A stretch of 64,000 nucleotides of DNA from an uncultured Thermoprotei archaeon (lineage in GTDB: Archaea; Thermoproteota; Thermoprotei; Thermofilales; B15-G2), in contig CBDUKN010000009.1 of NCBI GenBank assembly GCA_965367815.1, positions 21,085-85,084 on the forward strand. Reading direction: 5' to 3'. Positions 39,232-49,529 of this stretch are shown here, in pieces. The first letter of the stretch is position 1. Every line of letters begins with the position of its first letter. The notes beneath the pieces were generated by a model, which made no database searches, was not told the origin of the DNA, and saw only the letters and a list, made by a program, of their open reading frames with translations. The position numbers and the translations under genes are program-made.

Positions 39232-40623
39232 CTACCAACTTCTCAAGTGCTCCTTACTTAAAATAGACCTAGCTGCAATAATTCCGGAAATAGATGCTTG
39301 AACTAATCCTCTTGTTAACCCAGACCCGTCTCCTATGCAGTACAGGTTTTTGATAGTAGTTGTTTCTAATTCGCTGTTAACGTCGACTCTGAGTGAATAG
39401 AATTTTACTTCAACACCGTATAAGAGCGTGTGATCTGAATATACTCCTGGAGCCACTTTGTTTAATGCTTTTAGCATTTCCTTTATGTTCACTAAGTACC
39501 TGTACGGTAGTACAAAACTAAGATCTCCTGGAGTAGCTGTTTTTAAAGTAGGCTCGACTATTGACCTTTTTATTCTGTCTTTAGTAGATCTGCGTCCTCG
39601 GAAAAGATCTCCCAGTCTCTGGACGATTACTCCGCCTCCTATTATGTTGGCTAGTCTTGCGATATATTTTCCGTAAGCTATAGGGTCTTCAAAAGGTTCA
39701 GTGAACTTTGTGCTTACAAGTATAGCGAAATTCGTATTATCTGTTTTCTTATCTTCGTAGCTATGTCCATTCACGGTAATTATGTCTTCGTATACTTCTG
39801 CTATAACCTCTCCATGAGGATTCACGCAGAAAGTTCTTACTTTGTCATCAAATGTCTTAGAGTAGTATATAAACTTTGGTTCGTAAAGCCTGCTTGTAAG
39901 CTCCTCCATTACTTCAGCTGGAACTTCTATTCGAACTCCTAAGTCTACTGGATTTACTTTCATTTTCACTCCGATTTTCGTTAAGTTATTTTTAAGCCAT
40001 TCTGCTCCTCCTCTGCCGGGAGCTAAAATAACATATTTTGCTTCAACTATATCGCCAGTTTTAAGCTTAATTCCTTTTACACAGTTATTTTTGACTATGA
40101 CTTCCGATACCTCTGTATTTAATATAATATCTACTTTTCTCTCAAGATCTTTTTTCATGTTCGATAAAACTTTTTTGCAGCCATCAGAACCCATGTGTCT
40201 TATTCGAGTATAAACGAGTTTTAAGCCAACTTGTCTAGCCTTCCACTTCAAGTAGTCAAAGAAATCGGGATCAGGTTCGTATATTTTTGAAGAAGCCCCA
40301 TAATTTAAATAGATTTTATCAACATAGTCCATTAGCTGAGCAAGTTCCTCTTTTGATATGAGCTCAAGAAGCCAGCCGCCGCTTTCAAAAGAGTAGTTTA
40401 ATTTACCGTCGCTAAACGCTCCAGCCCCGCCCCACCCGCTTATCATATTGCAAGGTTTACACTTTAGGCATTTTCCTTTAATAAGTATATTACATACTCT
40501 TTTGTCTATATCTCTCCCTTTATCTATCAATGCTATCTTCAAGTCTGATTTTTTTGAAAGCTCCATAGCCGCAAATATTCCTGAAGGCCCTGCACCAACT
40601 ATAACTACGTCATAGCGCAGCAA
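39232..40623 (-). CDS. FAD-dependent oxidoreductase (COG2509 type)
   Basis: GAGPSG, GWGGAGAFSDGK, RTFCVNP.G, VNGHS, GDGSG.TRG. Confidence 0.9.
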   Translation of the reverse strand: MLRYDVVIVGAGPSGIFAAMELSKKSDLKIALIDKGRDIDKRVCNILIKGKCLKCKPCNMISGWGGAGAFSDGKLNYSFESGGWLLELISKEELAQLMDYVDKIYLNYGASSKIYEPDPDFFDYLKWKARQVGLKLVYTRIRHMGSDGCKKVLSNMKKDLERKVDIILNTEVSEVIVKNNCVKGIKLKTGDIVEAKYVILAPGRGGAEWLKNNLTKIGVKMKVNPVDLGVRIEVPAEVMEELTSRLYEPKFIYYSKTFDDKVRTFCVNPHGEVIAEVYEDIITVNGHSYEDKKTDNTNFAILVSTKFTEPFEDPIAYGKYIARLANIIGGGVIVQRLGDLFRGRRSTKDRIKRSIVEPTLKTATPGDLSFVLPYRYLVNIKEMLKALNKVAPGVYSDHTLLYGVEVKFYSLRVDVNSELETTTIKNLYCIGDGSGLTRGLVQASISGIIAARSILSKEHLRSW

Positions 40624-40670
40624 CTATTCACCAGAGTACATTTAGGTGCATAAGGAGTTATTAAATCTTT

Positions 40671-41507
40671 TCAGACAATATACCTTAGTTCTCCTAAGTA
40701 AGTACCGTCAGTTAAGTATATTTCTGCTGTATCCAAGTCAACTACTTGGTTTAAAAGAAATACACCAATTAATTCTTGAGGCCCCATATCTCTTCTATTA
40801 ACCTTAATTCCTCCCATCAATGGATTATATGCGGGAATAATAACCAGATATTTTGTCTTAGGTTCAAAACCGTACATTTCTTTAAAGAGCTTAATAGGAT
40901 GCTCTATCTCTTTAAGTCCCTTATACCTTAGGTAGCTTTCAGCCAGTTTTTCAATTAAAACTCTGGCTTTTATCCATACAGGTTCTACTACTCTATACCC
41001 TGTAGGATCCCTCAATTCTATTGTCGGATGACTGTGAGCAACAATTATTACTTCTGATGAAAACAGTTTAGGCGAAGGCCACGCATGGCCATGTATAAGC
41101 GATAACGGATTTCCCTTAGAATCTACAACTATTCTGCCTCTAGGAGAAACTAGCTCTATTTCTTCAGGTAATGCCTCTTCTATACCGCCATCGTGGTTTC
41201 CTGGAACAATACTTACTCTAGCTCTATTTTTCAGAAGCGACAACATGTAATGCACCATTTTCGCTTCATAATGTCGAAAACCCACAACCGAGTGTTTAAC
41301 ATCGCCCAGCAAGACTAGTTCATCTATACCATTTTCTATAACATCTTTCGCGAGACTTTCAGTTATTTTTTTATATTGAAAAACTATCTTTATACCTTTA
41401 TCAGCATATTCATATTCTACTCCAATATGTATATCTGCAACAATTCCTATTCTTCTGCTTTCTCCCTCTACTATCAGCATTTTATCGTTAAAAGAAATAT
41501 CGTACAT
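40671..41507 (-). CDS. Metallophosphoesterase (COG1407-like)
   Basis: ADIHIG, LGDVKH, GNHD, HGH, AHSHP, PAYN. Confidence 0.88.
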   Translation of the reverse strand: MYDISFNDKMLIVEGESRRIGIVADIHIGVEYEYADKGIKIVFQYKKITESLAKDVIENGIDELVLLGDVKHSVVGFRHYEAKMVHYMLSLLKNRARVSIVPGNHDGGIEEALPEEIELVSPRGRIVVDSKGNPLSLIHGHAWPSPKLFSSEVIIVAHSHPTIELRDPTGYRVVEPVWIKARVLIEKLAESYLRYKGLKEIEHPIKLFKEMYGFEPKTKYLVIIPAYNPLMGGIKVNRRDMGPQELIGVFLLNQVVDLDTAEIYLTDGTYLGELRYIV

Positions 41508-41593
41508 TCTCTAGTGATATAGCCTACCGTTATATCTATATTTTGCCTACTAAGACAAGTACGCTGATATATATTTTTAGAATTCTCTAACTA

Positions 41594-41956
41594 GTGTCCA
41601 GTCTAGATTTAATGAAAGCTAAAAGAGCTGTAGCTAGTAGAAGAGTATGGAAGATTGTAGTCGAAGACTCTCCTGAGTATTCACTATGGGTAGTTTATGG
41701 CCCTAAACTAAAAACAAGTCATATAGTTTTACCAGGTGTTCACTGTGACTGCTATGACTTTCTATTTAATGTAATCATACGAGGTAGAAAAAGTAAGTGT
41801 TACCATATTCTTGCACAAGAAATAGCTGAATCACAAGGAAAATATCAAGTAGTTACTATGGATATAGCTACTTTAGCTAAATTTATTCTACTCCAAAAAC
41901 TTAAAGGAAATATTAGCGTATGGGCTTTTAGAGCTCAACAGCAACTTCAGCTCTAG
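41594..41956 (+). CDS. SWIM zinc-finger protein
   Basis: CDCYDF...CYHILA. Confidence 0.8.
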   Translation: MSSLDLMKAKRAVASRRVWKIVVEDSPEYSLWVVYGPKLKTSHIVLPGVHCDCYDFLFNVIIRGRKSKCYHILAQEIAESQGKYQVVTMDIATLAKFILLQKLKGNISVWAFRAQQQLQL

Positions 41957-42650
41957 TTTCGATTCTCTCTATCTTTCCGTCTCTGATGTATACTATTCTG
42001 TCGCTTACGTCGATCATTTTTAAGTCGTGTGTAGCAGTAATGATAGTGACTCCCTTCTCTTTGTTGAGTGTCCTCATCAAGTTAATTATTTCAAGACCTG
42101 TGTTTAGGTCTAGGTTTCCTGTGGGCTCGTCTGCGAGAACAATAGCGGGGTCGTTTGCTAGAGCTCTAGCAATAGCAACTCTCTGCTGCTGACCACCAGA
42201 AAGCTCGCCCGGCTTGTGGTGAAGCCTATCACCTAGACCTACTGCTGTCAGTAGCTCTATAGCCTTCTTAATTCTCTGTTCTCTGGGTACGCCAGCGAAT
42301 ATCATGGGAAGCATTACATTTTCCAGAGCTGTGAGTACTGGAATTAAGTTGAATGTTTGAAAGACATAGCCTATTTTTCTGCAGCGCAGCCATGCAAGCT
42401 CGTATGCGTCAAGCTTAGATATATCGACTTCATCTATGTAGACTTTTCCTCTCGTAGGCCTATCTAGACCTCCAATCATGTTAAATAGTGTTGTTTTCCC
42501 TGAGCCACTAGGCCCCATTATTGACAAGTATTCTCCCCTTCTTACTCTGAGATTTATTCCGTCTAGCGCTTTGACAACATACTTACCCATATAGTAGTAC
42601 TTCGCGAGATCTTCCGTTTCTACAGTATATTCATACCTCATGTACACCAC
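41928..42650 (-). CDS. ABC transporter ATP-binding protein (LolD/MacB-type)
   Basis: GPSGSGKT, LSGGQQQRVAIARAL, LADEPTGNLD, THD. Confidence 0.95.
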   Translation of the reverse strand: MVYMRYEYTVETEDLAKYYYMGKYVVKALDGINLRVRRGEYLSIMGPSGSGKTTLFNMIGGLDRPTRGKVYIDEVDISKLDAYELAWLRCRKIGYVFQTFNLIPVLTALENVMLPMIFAGVPREQRIKKAIELLTAVGLGDRLHHKPGELSGGQQQRVAIARALANDPAIVLADEPTGNLDLNTGLEIINLMRTLNKEKGVTIITATHDLKMIDVSDRIVYIRDGKIERIETRAEVAVEL

Positions 42651-42652
42651 CT

Positions 42653-43291
42653 TTAGACTTCAAATCTGAATGCTACAGCTGGCTCTAATTTAGCTCCCTT
42701 GTAAGCTGGATATAAAGATGCCGCTAGGCTTATACCGACTGCCACTACTAGCGATAGTATAAGTAAGGCTGGTGCAGTAGGCAGAGGCATAGGCAGAGTA
42801 CGTAACGCAAAGAGCGCTGCTGAAATCGCTGCCATGCTTGCTCCCTGGAAAGCAACGCCATAGACTATTGCCGCTACTAATCCGGCTATATAGCCCACTA
42901 GGCCTCCGATAAGCCCTATAAGTGAAGCTTCGATTAAGAACAACTCTAGTACATGTTTGTCTAAAGCTCCAAGTGTTTTCCAAGTACCTATCTCCTTATA
43001 CCTTTCAGTGACTGCGATGAGCATAGAGTTTGTTATACCGACTGCACATACGAGAAGAGAAATGAATAGAAGCCAGTACTGGTAAAGCTCTATTCCGCCC
43101 ATACCGCTTACTTGCTGGTTTATAGCAGCCATCATCATTAGAGAATTCATGAACGCTATACCGAGCACAACGGACGCTGCCGTTATGGCAGCTCTGGTAA
43201 ACCTCTTTTTAATGTTTTCTAAGCTGAATCTGAAAGCCTCAGAGAACGGAAATTTTATCTCACCTATTTCCCATGTTCCGGTGCTACTCAC
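42653..43291 (-). CDS. FtsX/MacB-type ABC permease without a large extracellular domain
   Basis: GITNSMLIAVTERYKEIGT.K.LGA, FLIEA, YPA.K.AKL.P. Confidence 0.88.
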   Translation of the reverse strand: MSSTGTWEIGEIKFPFSEAFRFSLENIKKRFTRAAITAASVVLGIAFMNSLMMMAAINQQVSGMGGIELYQYWLLFISLLVCAVGITNSMLIAVTERYKEIGTWKTLGALDKHVLELFLIEASLIGLIGGLVGYIAGLVAAIVYGVAFQGASMAAISAALFALRTLPMPLPTAPALLILSLVVAVGISLAASLYPAYKGAKLEPAVAFRFEV

Positions 43292-43467
43292 AGGAAGACT
43301 TAACCTCCTATCCTTATATAACTTTTACGTCCAGTTAATGTACCAGCAACTAAACGCTAAGCAAGCCTTTTACTAAGCATCACTAGCCATTAACTAGAAT
43401 CAAATCAGCTTGACCTCAAAACACTCATAGAAAAACTATTATCTAGCGTTTAACTTAAAACAGTTGT

Positions 43468-43776
43468 ATGGGGAGAAGGCGCAAGCGGCGTAAGATTATT
43501 AGACGCCCTAAAAAGAAAATACCAAAAATATTCACATGTCCGAATTGCGGAGAAAAATCGGTAAGCGTCCATATAGATAAAGAAAACGGGCAAGTAAGCG
43601 TAAGGTGCGGTATATGCGGTCTAGAAGCGTCCTTTGAGTACACACCAGTACTTCAGCCCGTAGACTATTACGGAAAATTCGTAGACAAATTCCATACAGG
43701 CGAAATATCTGTATCGAGTGAAGTGGGCGAGATCCATGAAAGTACAGGAGTACTTGAGACAGGAAATAGAGAGTAA
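43468..43776 (+). CDS. elf1: Transcription elongation factor Elf1
   Basis: MGRRRK, F.CPNCG, C..CG, PVDYYGKFVD. Confidence 0.9.
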   Translation: MGRRRKRRKIIRRPKKKIPKIFTCPNCGEKSVSVHIDKENGQVSVRCGICGLEASFEYTPVLQPVDYYGKFVDKFHTGEISVSSEVGEIHESTGVLETGNRE

Positions 43777-44500
43777 AAAAGCAATACACATGACTCTAAT
43801 AGACCCAGACAAATCAACTCCCAGCGAGAGTGCAAAAATAGCTTCAGCTGCAGAAAAAGCCGGAAGCTCAGCGATAATGATAGGCGGCAGTCTAGGCGTA
43901 ACCGAGAAGCTAGTATCAGAGATCATAGATGCTATTAAAGAAAAATCAAGTCTGCCAGCAATACTATTCCCAGGAAGCTTGAGTGGACTGAGTCCTAAAG
44001 CTGACGCAGTATGGTTCCTATCAGTCTTCAATTCAACTAATCCTTACTACATTGTCGGCGCTCAAGCGGCTGGCGCGGTAATAATAAGAAAGTATAATTT
44101 AGAGGCAATATCTCTAGCATACATCATAGTAGGTGAAGGAGGAGCCGCGGGCTATGTGAGCTACGCCCGCCCTATACCTTACAGTAAGCCAGAAATAGCA
44201 GCAGCTTATGCTCTCGCAGCACAATACATGGGCTTCAAATACGTTTACTTAGAAGCAGGCTCCGGTATGCCGCCTGCACCTCCTTACTTCATCAAAGTAG
44301 TCAGAAAAACAATAGACATTCCGCTTATAGTAGGTGGAGGGATAAAGAACAAAGAACTTGCATTTAAAGCAGCGAGCTCAGGAGCTGATATAGTCGTTAC
44401 AGGCACTATCGTAGAGGAAGTAGAGGTCAATAAACTGAAGAAAGTACTCTCGAGTATAGTAGAAGGAGTTCGTGAAGGAGGTAAGGCTAGAGAACATTAG
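43718..44500 (+). CDS. Geranylgeranylglyceryl phosphate synthase
   Basis: HMTLIDPDK, IMIGGS, ILFPG, YLEAGSG, IVGGGI, VVTGT. Confidence 0.93.
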   Translation: MKWARSMKVQEYLRQEIESKKAIHMTLIDPDKSTPSESAKIASAAEKAGSSAIMIGGSLGVTEKLVSEIIDAIKEKSSLPAILFPGSLSGLSPKADAVWFLSVFNSTNPYYIVGAQAAGAVIIRKYNLEAISLAYIIVGEGGAAGYVSYARPIPYSKPEIAAAYALAAQYMGFKYVYLEAGSGMPPAPPYFIKVVRKTIDIPLIVGGGIKNKELAFKAASSGADIVVTGTIVEEVEVNKLKKVLSSIVEGVREGGKAREH

Positions 44501-45332
44501 CTATAGCTGATACAAGGTCTTTATCTTCTATTACTCCGACTAACTTTCCTCCAGCATTCAAGACAGGTAGCTGGTCAATATTATAGCGGGCCATCCTTCT
44601 AGCACACTCTTTCAGGCTTGTGTATTCATTAACAGTTATCACGCGTTTGACCATAACGTCCTCTACTTTAACATCAGAGGGGATAGTCAGCTCCTTTTTA
44701 AAAATGTAAACTATTGTTATGGCATCCCAACCCCATTCGGTTCCCTCCGAAGGAGCGCTACTAGACTTCTTTTCCATAGACTTTATTTCAGCACTTCTCA
44801 CAATATCTTCTTCCGTTATTATTCCTGACAGCTTCGCTTCATCATTTAGAGCCACTAAATACTTGTACCCTGATAACCGCATTATTTCATATGCTACATT
44901 AAGAGGCGTCTTGTCCCATACTAGAGGAATACGCTTACTGTAAAAGTTCTTTACAGGTTCGTTAAAATTTAAGCGATGAATGACTTTAGTTACTATATCT
45001 GCAACAGACACTATACCTACTATTTCTCCAGCTTCATCAACTACAGGTAGACGCCTGATACCGTGTCTGACAAACAGTTCAACAGCCTTCTTTACATCAT
45101 CCTCTGCTTTCACCGATATGGGATCCCGTGTCATCAATAGAGCTAGTTGCTCTTCATCGGGGTTTTTCAGTAAGTCACTTTTTGTGACTATTCCAACGAG
45201 CTTCCTAGTACCCTTCTTTACTACTGGCAACCCGCTCTTGCCGCTTTTAGCCATAATTTCTATTACTTCACTGCGAGACCCTGGTACCTCCACATATATT
45301 ACATCCTTGGTCATTATGTCAGCTACCTTCAT
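44487..45332 (-). CDS. CBS-domain protein (4 CBS repeats)
   Basis: Repeated LPVV...LVGIVT..D motifs. Confidence 0.92.
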   Translation of the reverse strand: MKVADIMTKDVIYVEVPGSRSEVIEIMAKSGKSGLPVVKKGTRKLVGIVTKSDLLKNPDEEQLALLMTRDPISVKAEDDVKKAVELFVRHGIRRLPVVDEAGEIVGIVSVADIVTKVIHRLNFNEPVKNFYSKRIPLVWDKTPLNVAYEIMRLSGYKYLVALNDEAKLSGIITEEDIVRSAEIKSMEKKSSSAPSEGTEWGWDAITIVYIFKKELTIPSDVKVEDVMVKRVITVNEYTSLKECARRMARYNIDQLPVLNAGGKLVGVIEDKDLVSAIANVL

Positions 45333-45347
45333 ACTCGTCCCAAAAGT

Positions 45348-45524
45348 CTATGGAGGAAATAACAAATGAGCAAGAACTACGGTGAAGATTAAGACTACTG
45401 TAAAGCCTATTACTGCCGAAGGAGGCACTTTAAAGCCTTTTGTTTCTTCCTCAAAGAATCTAAGCAAACCGGCTCCTGAAAGTAAAGGAGGAGACTCAAC
45501 ATCGCGTCGTTTTCTGCGCGCCAT
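45348..45524 (-). CDS. secG: Preprotein translocase Sec61-beta subunit
   Basis: Manual translation MARRKRRDVESPPLLSGAGLLRFFEEETKGLKVPPSAVIGFTVVLIFTVVLAHLLFPP (58 aa, not in ORF track). Confidence 0.9.
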   Translation of the reverse strand: MARRKRRDVESPPLLSGAGLLRFFEEETKGFKVPPSAVIGFTVVLIFTVVLAHLLFPP

Positions 45525-45636
45525 ATTCTCAATAATTCACGCATAATATACCTTAATTAATTTTACTACTTTACTCTAATAGAGCACGAAAGATTAAAGC
45601 CTAGAAGAATCTGTTCTTTAAATACACTTAGATAAA

Positions 45637-46206
45637 TTAACGCGAAGATTCTTCTTCAGAAAGCAGAGCCACTCTTAACTTAGACTTCATTTCGGGCGGA
45701 GGAATTATAGCGCTGTTTCCAGTAGGGTCCTCAATTATCAATGTAATCTTGTATTCGCCTCTCTTAACTTTATTTACTAGGTCAAGAACTTCTCTAGCCC
45801 TCTTTTTTACTTCCTCGTCTTCCTCCCATAATAAAAAGTCCTCAACTATATAGGTTATTCTCTCCAGCACGCCTTCTATGTTTGACACAAACGCTTCAGC
45901 AAGAGGCCCCGGTGTTATTTCCACGCCTAGCTCAGGTATTCGTATAACACCATACCTAGACCTAACTACTCTGACGCTCATGTCTTCTGGCGAAGAAACT
46001 TCATACTCGTAGCGCCTAGGCTCTTTAACTTCTAAACAGTAAACATCGTTATGGAAATATCCGCATTTTTCGCATCTCTCTGAAATAATAGCTACTTTGC
46101 CGAAGTAGGGTATCTCGTGCTCAGCAACTCTTATCGTAAGACTTTCATAGCCGCAAATAGGACATTTTTCTTTTCTCTCAGTACACACAACCCTTTTAAT
46201 ACACAA
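45637..46206 (-). CDS. ZPR1 zinc-finger protein
   Basis: CPICG, IPYFG, CEKCGY, IPELG.EI.PG, SNIEGVL, IEDPTGNS. Confidence 0.93.
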   Translation of the reverse strand: MCIKRVVCTERKEKCPICGYESLTIRVAEHEIPYFGKVAIISERCEKCGYFHNDVYCLEVKEPRRYEYEVSSPEDMSVRVVRSRYGVIRIPELGVEITPGPLAEAFVSNIEGVLERITYIVEDFLLWEEDEEVKKRAREVLDLVNKVKRGEYKITLIIEDPTGNSAIIPPPEMKSKLRVALLSEEESSR

Positions 46207-46259
46207 GCTTATTTAATATTGTCTTCAGCCGCGTTAGCAGTAAGGCATAAATACACTAA

Positions 46260-46484
46260 ATGTGTATTGTGCGTGTGAACAACAACGCAAAGAAGATTTT
46301 AGGAATAGCGGTCTTAATAGCATACATAGTCTTAGCCTTTGTCGCATACAGAGTCTACCAGCATGTAACACGCGAAACATATGTGCCTTTTCAAGAACTC
46401 CAGACATACTTTACAGCTATTCTCCTAATATCAGTGACACTCTCAGCTCTCTACGCAGCAGCATTCATTAGGAAAAAGAGCTAA
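46260..46484 (+). CDS. Small two-TM membrane protein
   Basis: Two hydrophobic helices. Confidence 0.6.
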   Translation: MCIVRVNNNAKKILGIAVLIAYIVLAFVAYRVYQHVTRETYVPFQELQTYFTAILLISVTLSALYAAAFIRKKS

Positions 46485-46804
46485 CTAGGAACTATCTCGA
46501 GCTTGTCTATTATCTTTAACTCGAAGACCTCAATTTCGGCTTTTATAGGAGTGAATATTCCGTTGTCGTCCTTGTAGTATATCACTATTCTGGCAGCCTT
46601 ATCAGAGTACCCTGCTTCATTGGATTTCTCGACAAGCATTCTAGCTAACTTCACCCAATTCTCCTTCGATTTCTCCTTCTTTGTCTCATCGGACTCTTTG
46701 CTATAGAAAGTAGCATAAAACCACCTCTTAGCTCTGAAAATTGCCCCCCTGCACGTTGGAGCTATCTTGCTTCTCCAAACCTTCGCCTCTGTTTCCTCTG
46801 ACAT
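46481..46804 (-). CDS. Hypothetical protein, possibly DUF2258/ThermoDBP-related
   Basis: GAGGTGA SD; beta-helix-helix-beta-beta pattern (ARIVIYYKDDNG...AEIEVFE) reminiscent of DUF2258. Confidence 0.4.
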   Translation of the reverse strand: MSEETEAKVWRSKIAPTCRGAIFRAKRWFYATFYSKESDETKKEKSKENWVKLARMLVEKSNEAGYSDKAARIVIYYKDDNGIFTPIKAEIEVFELKIIDKLEIVPS

Positions 46805-46867
46805 ATATATCTCACCTCTACACTATTACCCTAAAACGATATAAATACCTTATTTTAAAGAAAATCA

Positions 46868-47161
46868 ATGACTCCAGAAGAAGCTATATATAAGACACTC
46901 GTAAATTACATTAAAGTTCACGGCAAAAGAATAATATCAATATCATCTGTATTTAATCAAAAAGAAATATCAATAGAAATAAGATCTCTTTTCAGATACT
47001 ACGAACCAACTCCAGAATATCCAAAACTCGAAAACGCCATCAACAACTGCAACCCAGATACCCTCCTCAAGAAATATAGCATAAAGTTAGCAGAAAGAAA
47101 TAATCAAAAAGTACTGATAGTTGATATTAATTTACTCAAAAATATTGTTAAAAACAATTAA
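46868..47161 (+). CDS. Hypothetical protein
   Basis: 97-aa ORF in a gap, ATG start. Confidence 0.6.
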   Translation: MTPEEAIYKTLVNYIKVHGKRIISISSVFNQKEISIEIRSLFRYYEPTPEYPKLENAINNCNPDTLLKKYSIKLAERNNQKVLIVDINLLKNIVKNN

Positions 47162-47259
47162 AATCAGGTAAACAGGTTTCAGCCCAAAATCATTTACTTC
47201 ATCATTGTTCTGTCAGCTTACAGCAGTACTTTATTAGAATTATCTCTTTTCGGGAATAG

Positions 47260-47333
47260 AGCCCCGGCCGGGATTTGAACCCGGGTCCAACGGCTTACGA
47301 GGCCGCCGCTCTACCGTGCTGAGCTACCGGGGC
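47260..47333 (-). tRNA. tRNA-Thr(CGT)
   Basis: GCGGC-CT CGT AA-GCCGT; GCCCCGG/CCGGGGC; discriminator T. Confidence 0.96.
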
Positions 47334-47415
47334 ATATTATTTTATCCGAACAAATCTAAAAATGTTTCTTTAAGCCAAGATACCCGCATCAAATGCCTAT
47401 TTTTATCAGAAATAG

Positions 47416-47521
47416 TGCGGGGGGTGGGATTCGAACCCACGCAGGCCTACGCCACGGGATATCCTACAGCCCATGGGCGGACTTAAGTCCCGCCCCTTTG
47501 TCCTGGCTCGGGCACCCCCGC
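47416..47521 (-). tRNA. tRNA-Leu(TAA) with 21-nt intron at 37/38 (47461-47481)
   Basis: BHB helix CTTA/TAGG, bulges AGT and ATA; long variable arm. Confidence 0.93.
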
Positions 47522-47568
47522 AAGAGAAAATGAATACGAGGGAGTATATAAACTTTAGACTCAGCATG

Positions 47569-47654
47569 CGCCGGGGGTGGGACTTGAACCCACGCGGCCT
47601 CATGGCCACCAGGTCTCGAGCCTGGCCCCTTAGACCTAGCTCGGGCACCCCGGC
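47569..47654 (-). tRNA. tRNA-Ser(CGA)
   Basis: CCAGG-CT CGA GA-CCTGG; long variable arm. Confidence 0.96.
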
Positions 47655-47797
47655 GTTTCTTTTTTACTTTAAATGAGATATATTTCTTCCCCTCATCACA
47701 GCCATGACCGCGGACAGCTGATGCTAAAAGCTATTCTACAAATACCTGCGTAACACTCACTTATTTTAAGTGATAGCTTAAGAAACCAATTTTTCCT

Positions 47798-49015
47798 ATG
47801 CATCAACTGGAGAACATGGGCACTCCTCAGTCTCTTGAAGAAATTTTTGAAAAATTCACTAAGCCGAGAATCTTCAAGGCCAGAGAACTACTTCTCCCAG
47901 ATTACGTGCCAGAAGACCTTCCACATAGAGAAAAACAGATACTCAAACTAGGATCCATCTTAGCGCCAGCTATCGCTGGATCGAAACCCTCCAACGTCTT
48001 CATTTACGGGCTACCTGGAACAGGAAAAACGGCTGTCACAAAGTATGTTTTAAGAAAAATGCTCGAAAAAACAGGCGAGAAAATAAGAGTAGCATACGTT
48101 AACTGCAGACAAAACAACACAAACTACAGCGTCCTCTTCGAAATATGCACCCAGCTCGGAGAAAAAGTCCCCTTCACAGGACTCTCACTAGCAGAACTAT
48201 TTAAAAGGCTACGCAGAAGAGTAGACTCTGATAAACGTCTCGTAATAGCAGTACTAGACGAAGTCGACCACCTAGTCAAGAAAAACGGCGACGACCTGCT
48301 ATACTACCTCACAAGAATAAACTCTGATCTATCTCGGTCAAAAGTATCCCTAGTGGGAATAACAAACGACTTAAAGTTCATGGAATACCTCGATGCTAGA
48401 GTAAAAAGCAGCCTGTGCGAAGAAGAAATAGTCTTCCCGCCATACACCTACGAAGAACTAGAAGATATCTTAAAAAAGCGCGCTGAACAAGCACTCAACG
48501 AAGGAGCATACACAGAAGAAGCAATCAAACTCTGCGCAGCAATAGCAGCTAGACAAAAAGGAGACTGCCGCCTAGCCCTAGACATACTCCTCAAAGCAGC
48601 AGACCTAGCAGAACTCGAAGGAGCTCCAAGAATAGAAGAAGACCACGTTAGAAGAGCATACAGGGAACTAGAAAAAGACGTAGTAGTAGACCTAGTCAGA
48701 ACAATGCCTCTTCACGCAAAACTAGTATTACTCTCAATACTGTATCTATCAAAAGAAAAACCAAAACTAATAATCACAGGCGATGTTTACAGAAGATACA
48801 AAGACCTATGCCGCAAAATAGGACTAGACGCACTAACACAACGCAGAGTAAGCGACATTCTCTCAGACCTAGATACCGTAGGACTAATCTCTACTAAAAT
48901 AGTAAGCTTAGGCAGATATGGGCGTACCAAACAAATAAAAGTAGCCGCATCTGAAAAAGCAATTATAGAAGGAATGAAAAAAGACCCCCTAGTATCCTCA
49001 CTCATATTCCAATAG
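47798..49015 (+). CDS. cdc6: Orc1/Cdc6 replication initiator
   Basis: LPHRE, GLPGTGKT, VLDEVD, FPPY, GDCR.A, C-terminal wHTH with GRYGRT. Confidence 0.97.
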   Translation: MHQLENMGTPQSLEEIFEKFTKPRIFKARELLLPDYVPEDLPHREKQILKLGSILAPAIAGSKPSNVFIYGLPGTGKTAVTKYVLRKMLEKTGEKIRVAYVNCRQNNTNYSVLFEICTQLGEKVPFTGLSLAELFKRLRRRVDSDKRLVIAVLDEVDHLVKKNGDDLLYYLTRINSDLSRSKVSLVGITNDLKFMEYLDARVKSSLCEEEIVFPPYTYEELEDILKKRAEQALNEGAYTEEAIKLCAAIAARQKGDCRLALDILLKAADLAELEGAPRIEEDHVRRAYRELEKDVVVDLVRTMPLHAKLVLLSILYLSKEKPKLIITGDVYRRYKDLCRKIGLDALTQRRVSDILSDLDTVGLISTKIVSLGRYGRTKQIKVAASEKAIIEGMKKDPLVSSLIFQ

Positions 49016-49350
49016 CTACTCGTTTACTCCACCGGCCCTTAAACCATAGTTACACTTAATCTAACCGAATCAATTCAAAAGATCAACAGTATTTTAATCA
49101 AACTCATTTAATACTAATCTAAGTAAAATATCTACATAAAATAAACTTGTATAGACTAATTGCAAAAATACTGAATGAAAAATATCATAAATTTAAACTA
49201 GAGATATTAAATAATACTTATTTACTCAAACTAATAACAGTATATAAAAATACTTAATCACGTATACTTAGCTAAAAAAGTTGCCCAAAAAAATAACAGC
49301 ATAAGGTGCTAAGAACTCAAGACAGAAAAATATATCTTTAACCCCCCACA
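49016..49350. other. Very AT-rich non-coding tract next to cdc6 (candidate origin unwinding element)
   Basis: Long AT-rich spacer between cdc6 and tRNA-Ala; no canonical ORB seen. Confidence 0.3.
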
Positions 49351-49360
49351 AAATCCCATT

Positions 49361-49436
49361 GGGCCGGTAGCTCAGCTGGAAGAGCGCCCGCTTGGCGTGC
49401 GGGAGGCCCCGGGTTCGAATCCCGGCCGGTCCACCA
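49361..49436 (+). tRNA. tRNA-Ala(GGC), CCA encoded
   Basis: GGGCCGG/CCGGTCC with G3:U70; CCCGC-TT GGC GT-GCGGG. Confidence 0.97.
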
Positions 49437-49529
49437 TTTTGCTACTTCTTCTATCATATGATCGTCAATTACCTGAAGGGTCTCGAGAAATTCATAAAAA
49501 ATGTAAAAATGTTTAATATTGAGAAAAGA

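Noticed and set aside
47690-47725. GTGATGA box-C-like motif upstream of cdc6 (minus strand)
   Set aside because: No properly spaced D box or guide; insufficient for an sRNA call
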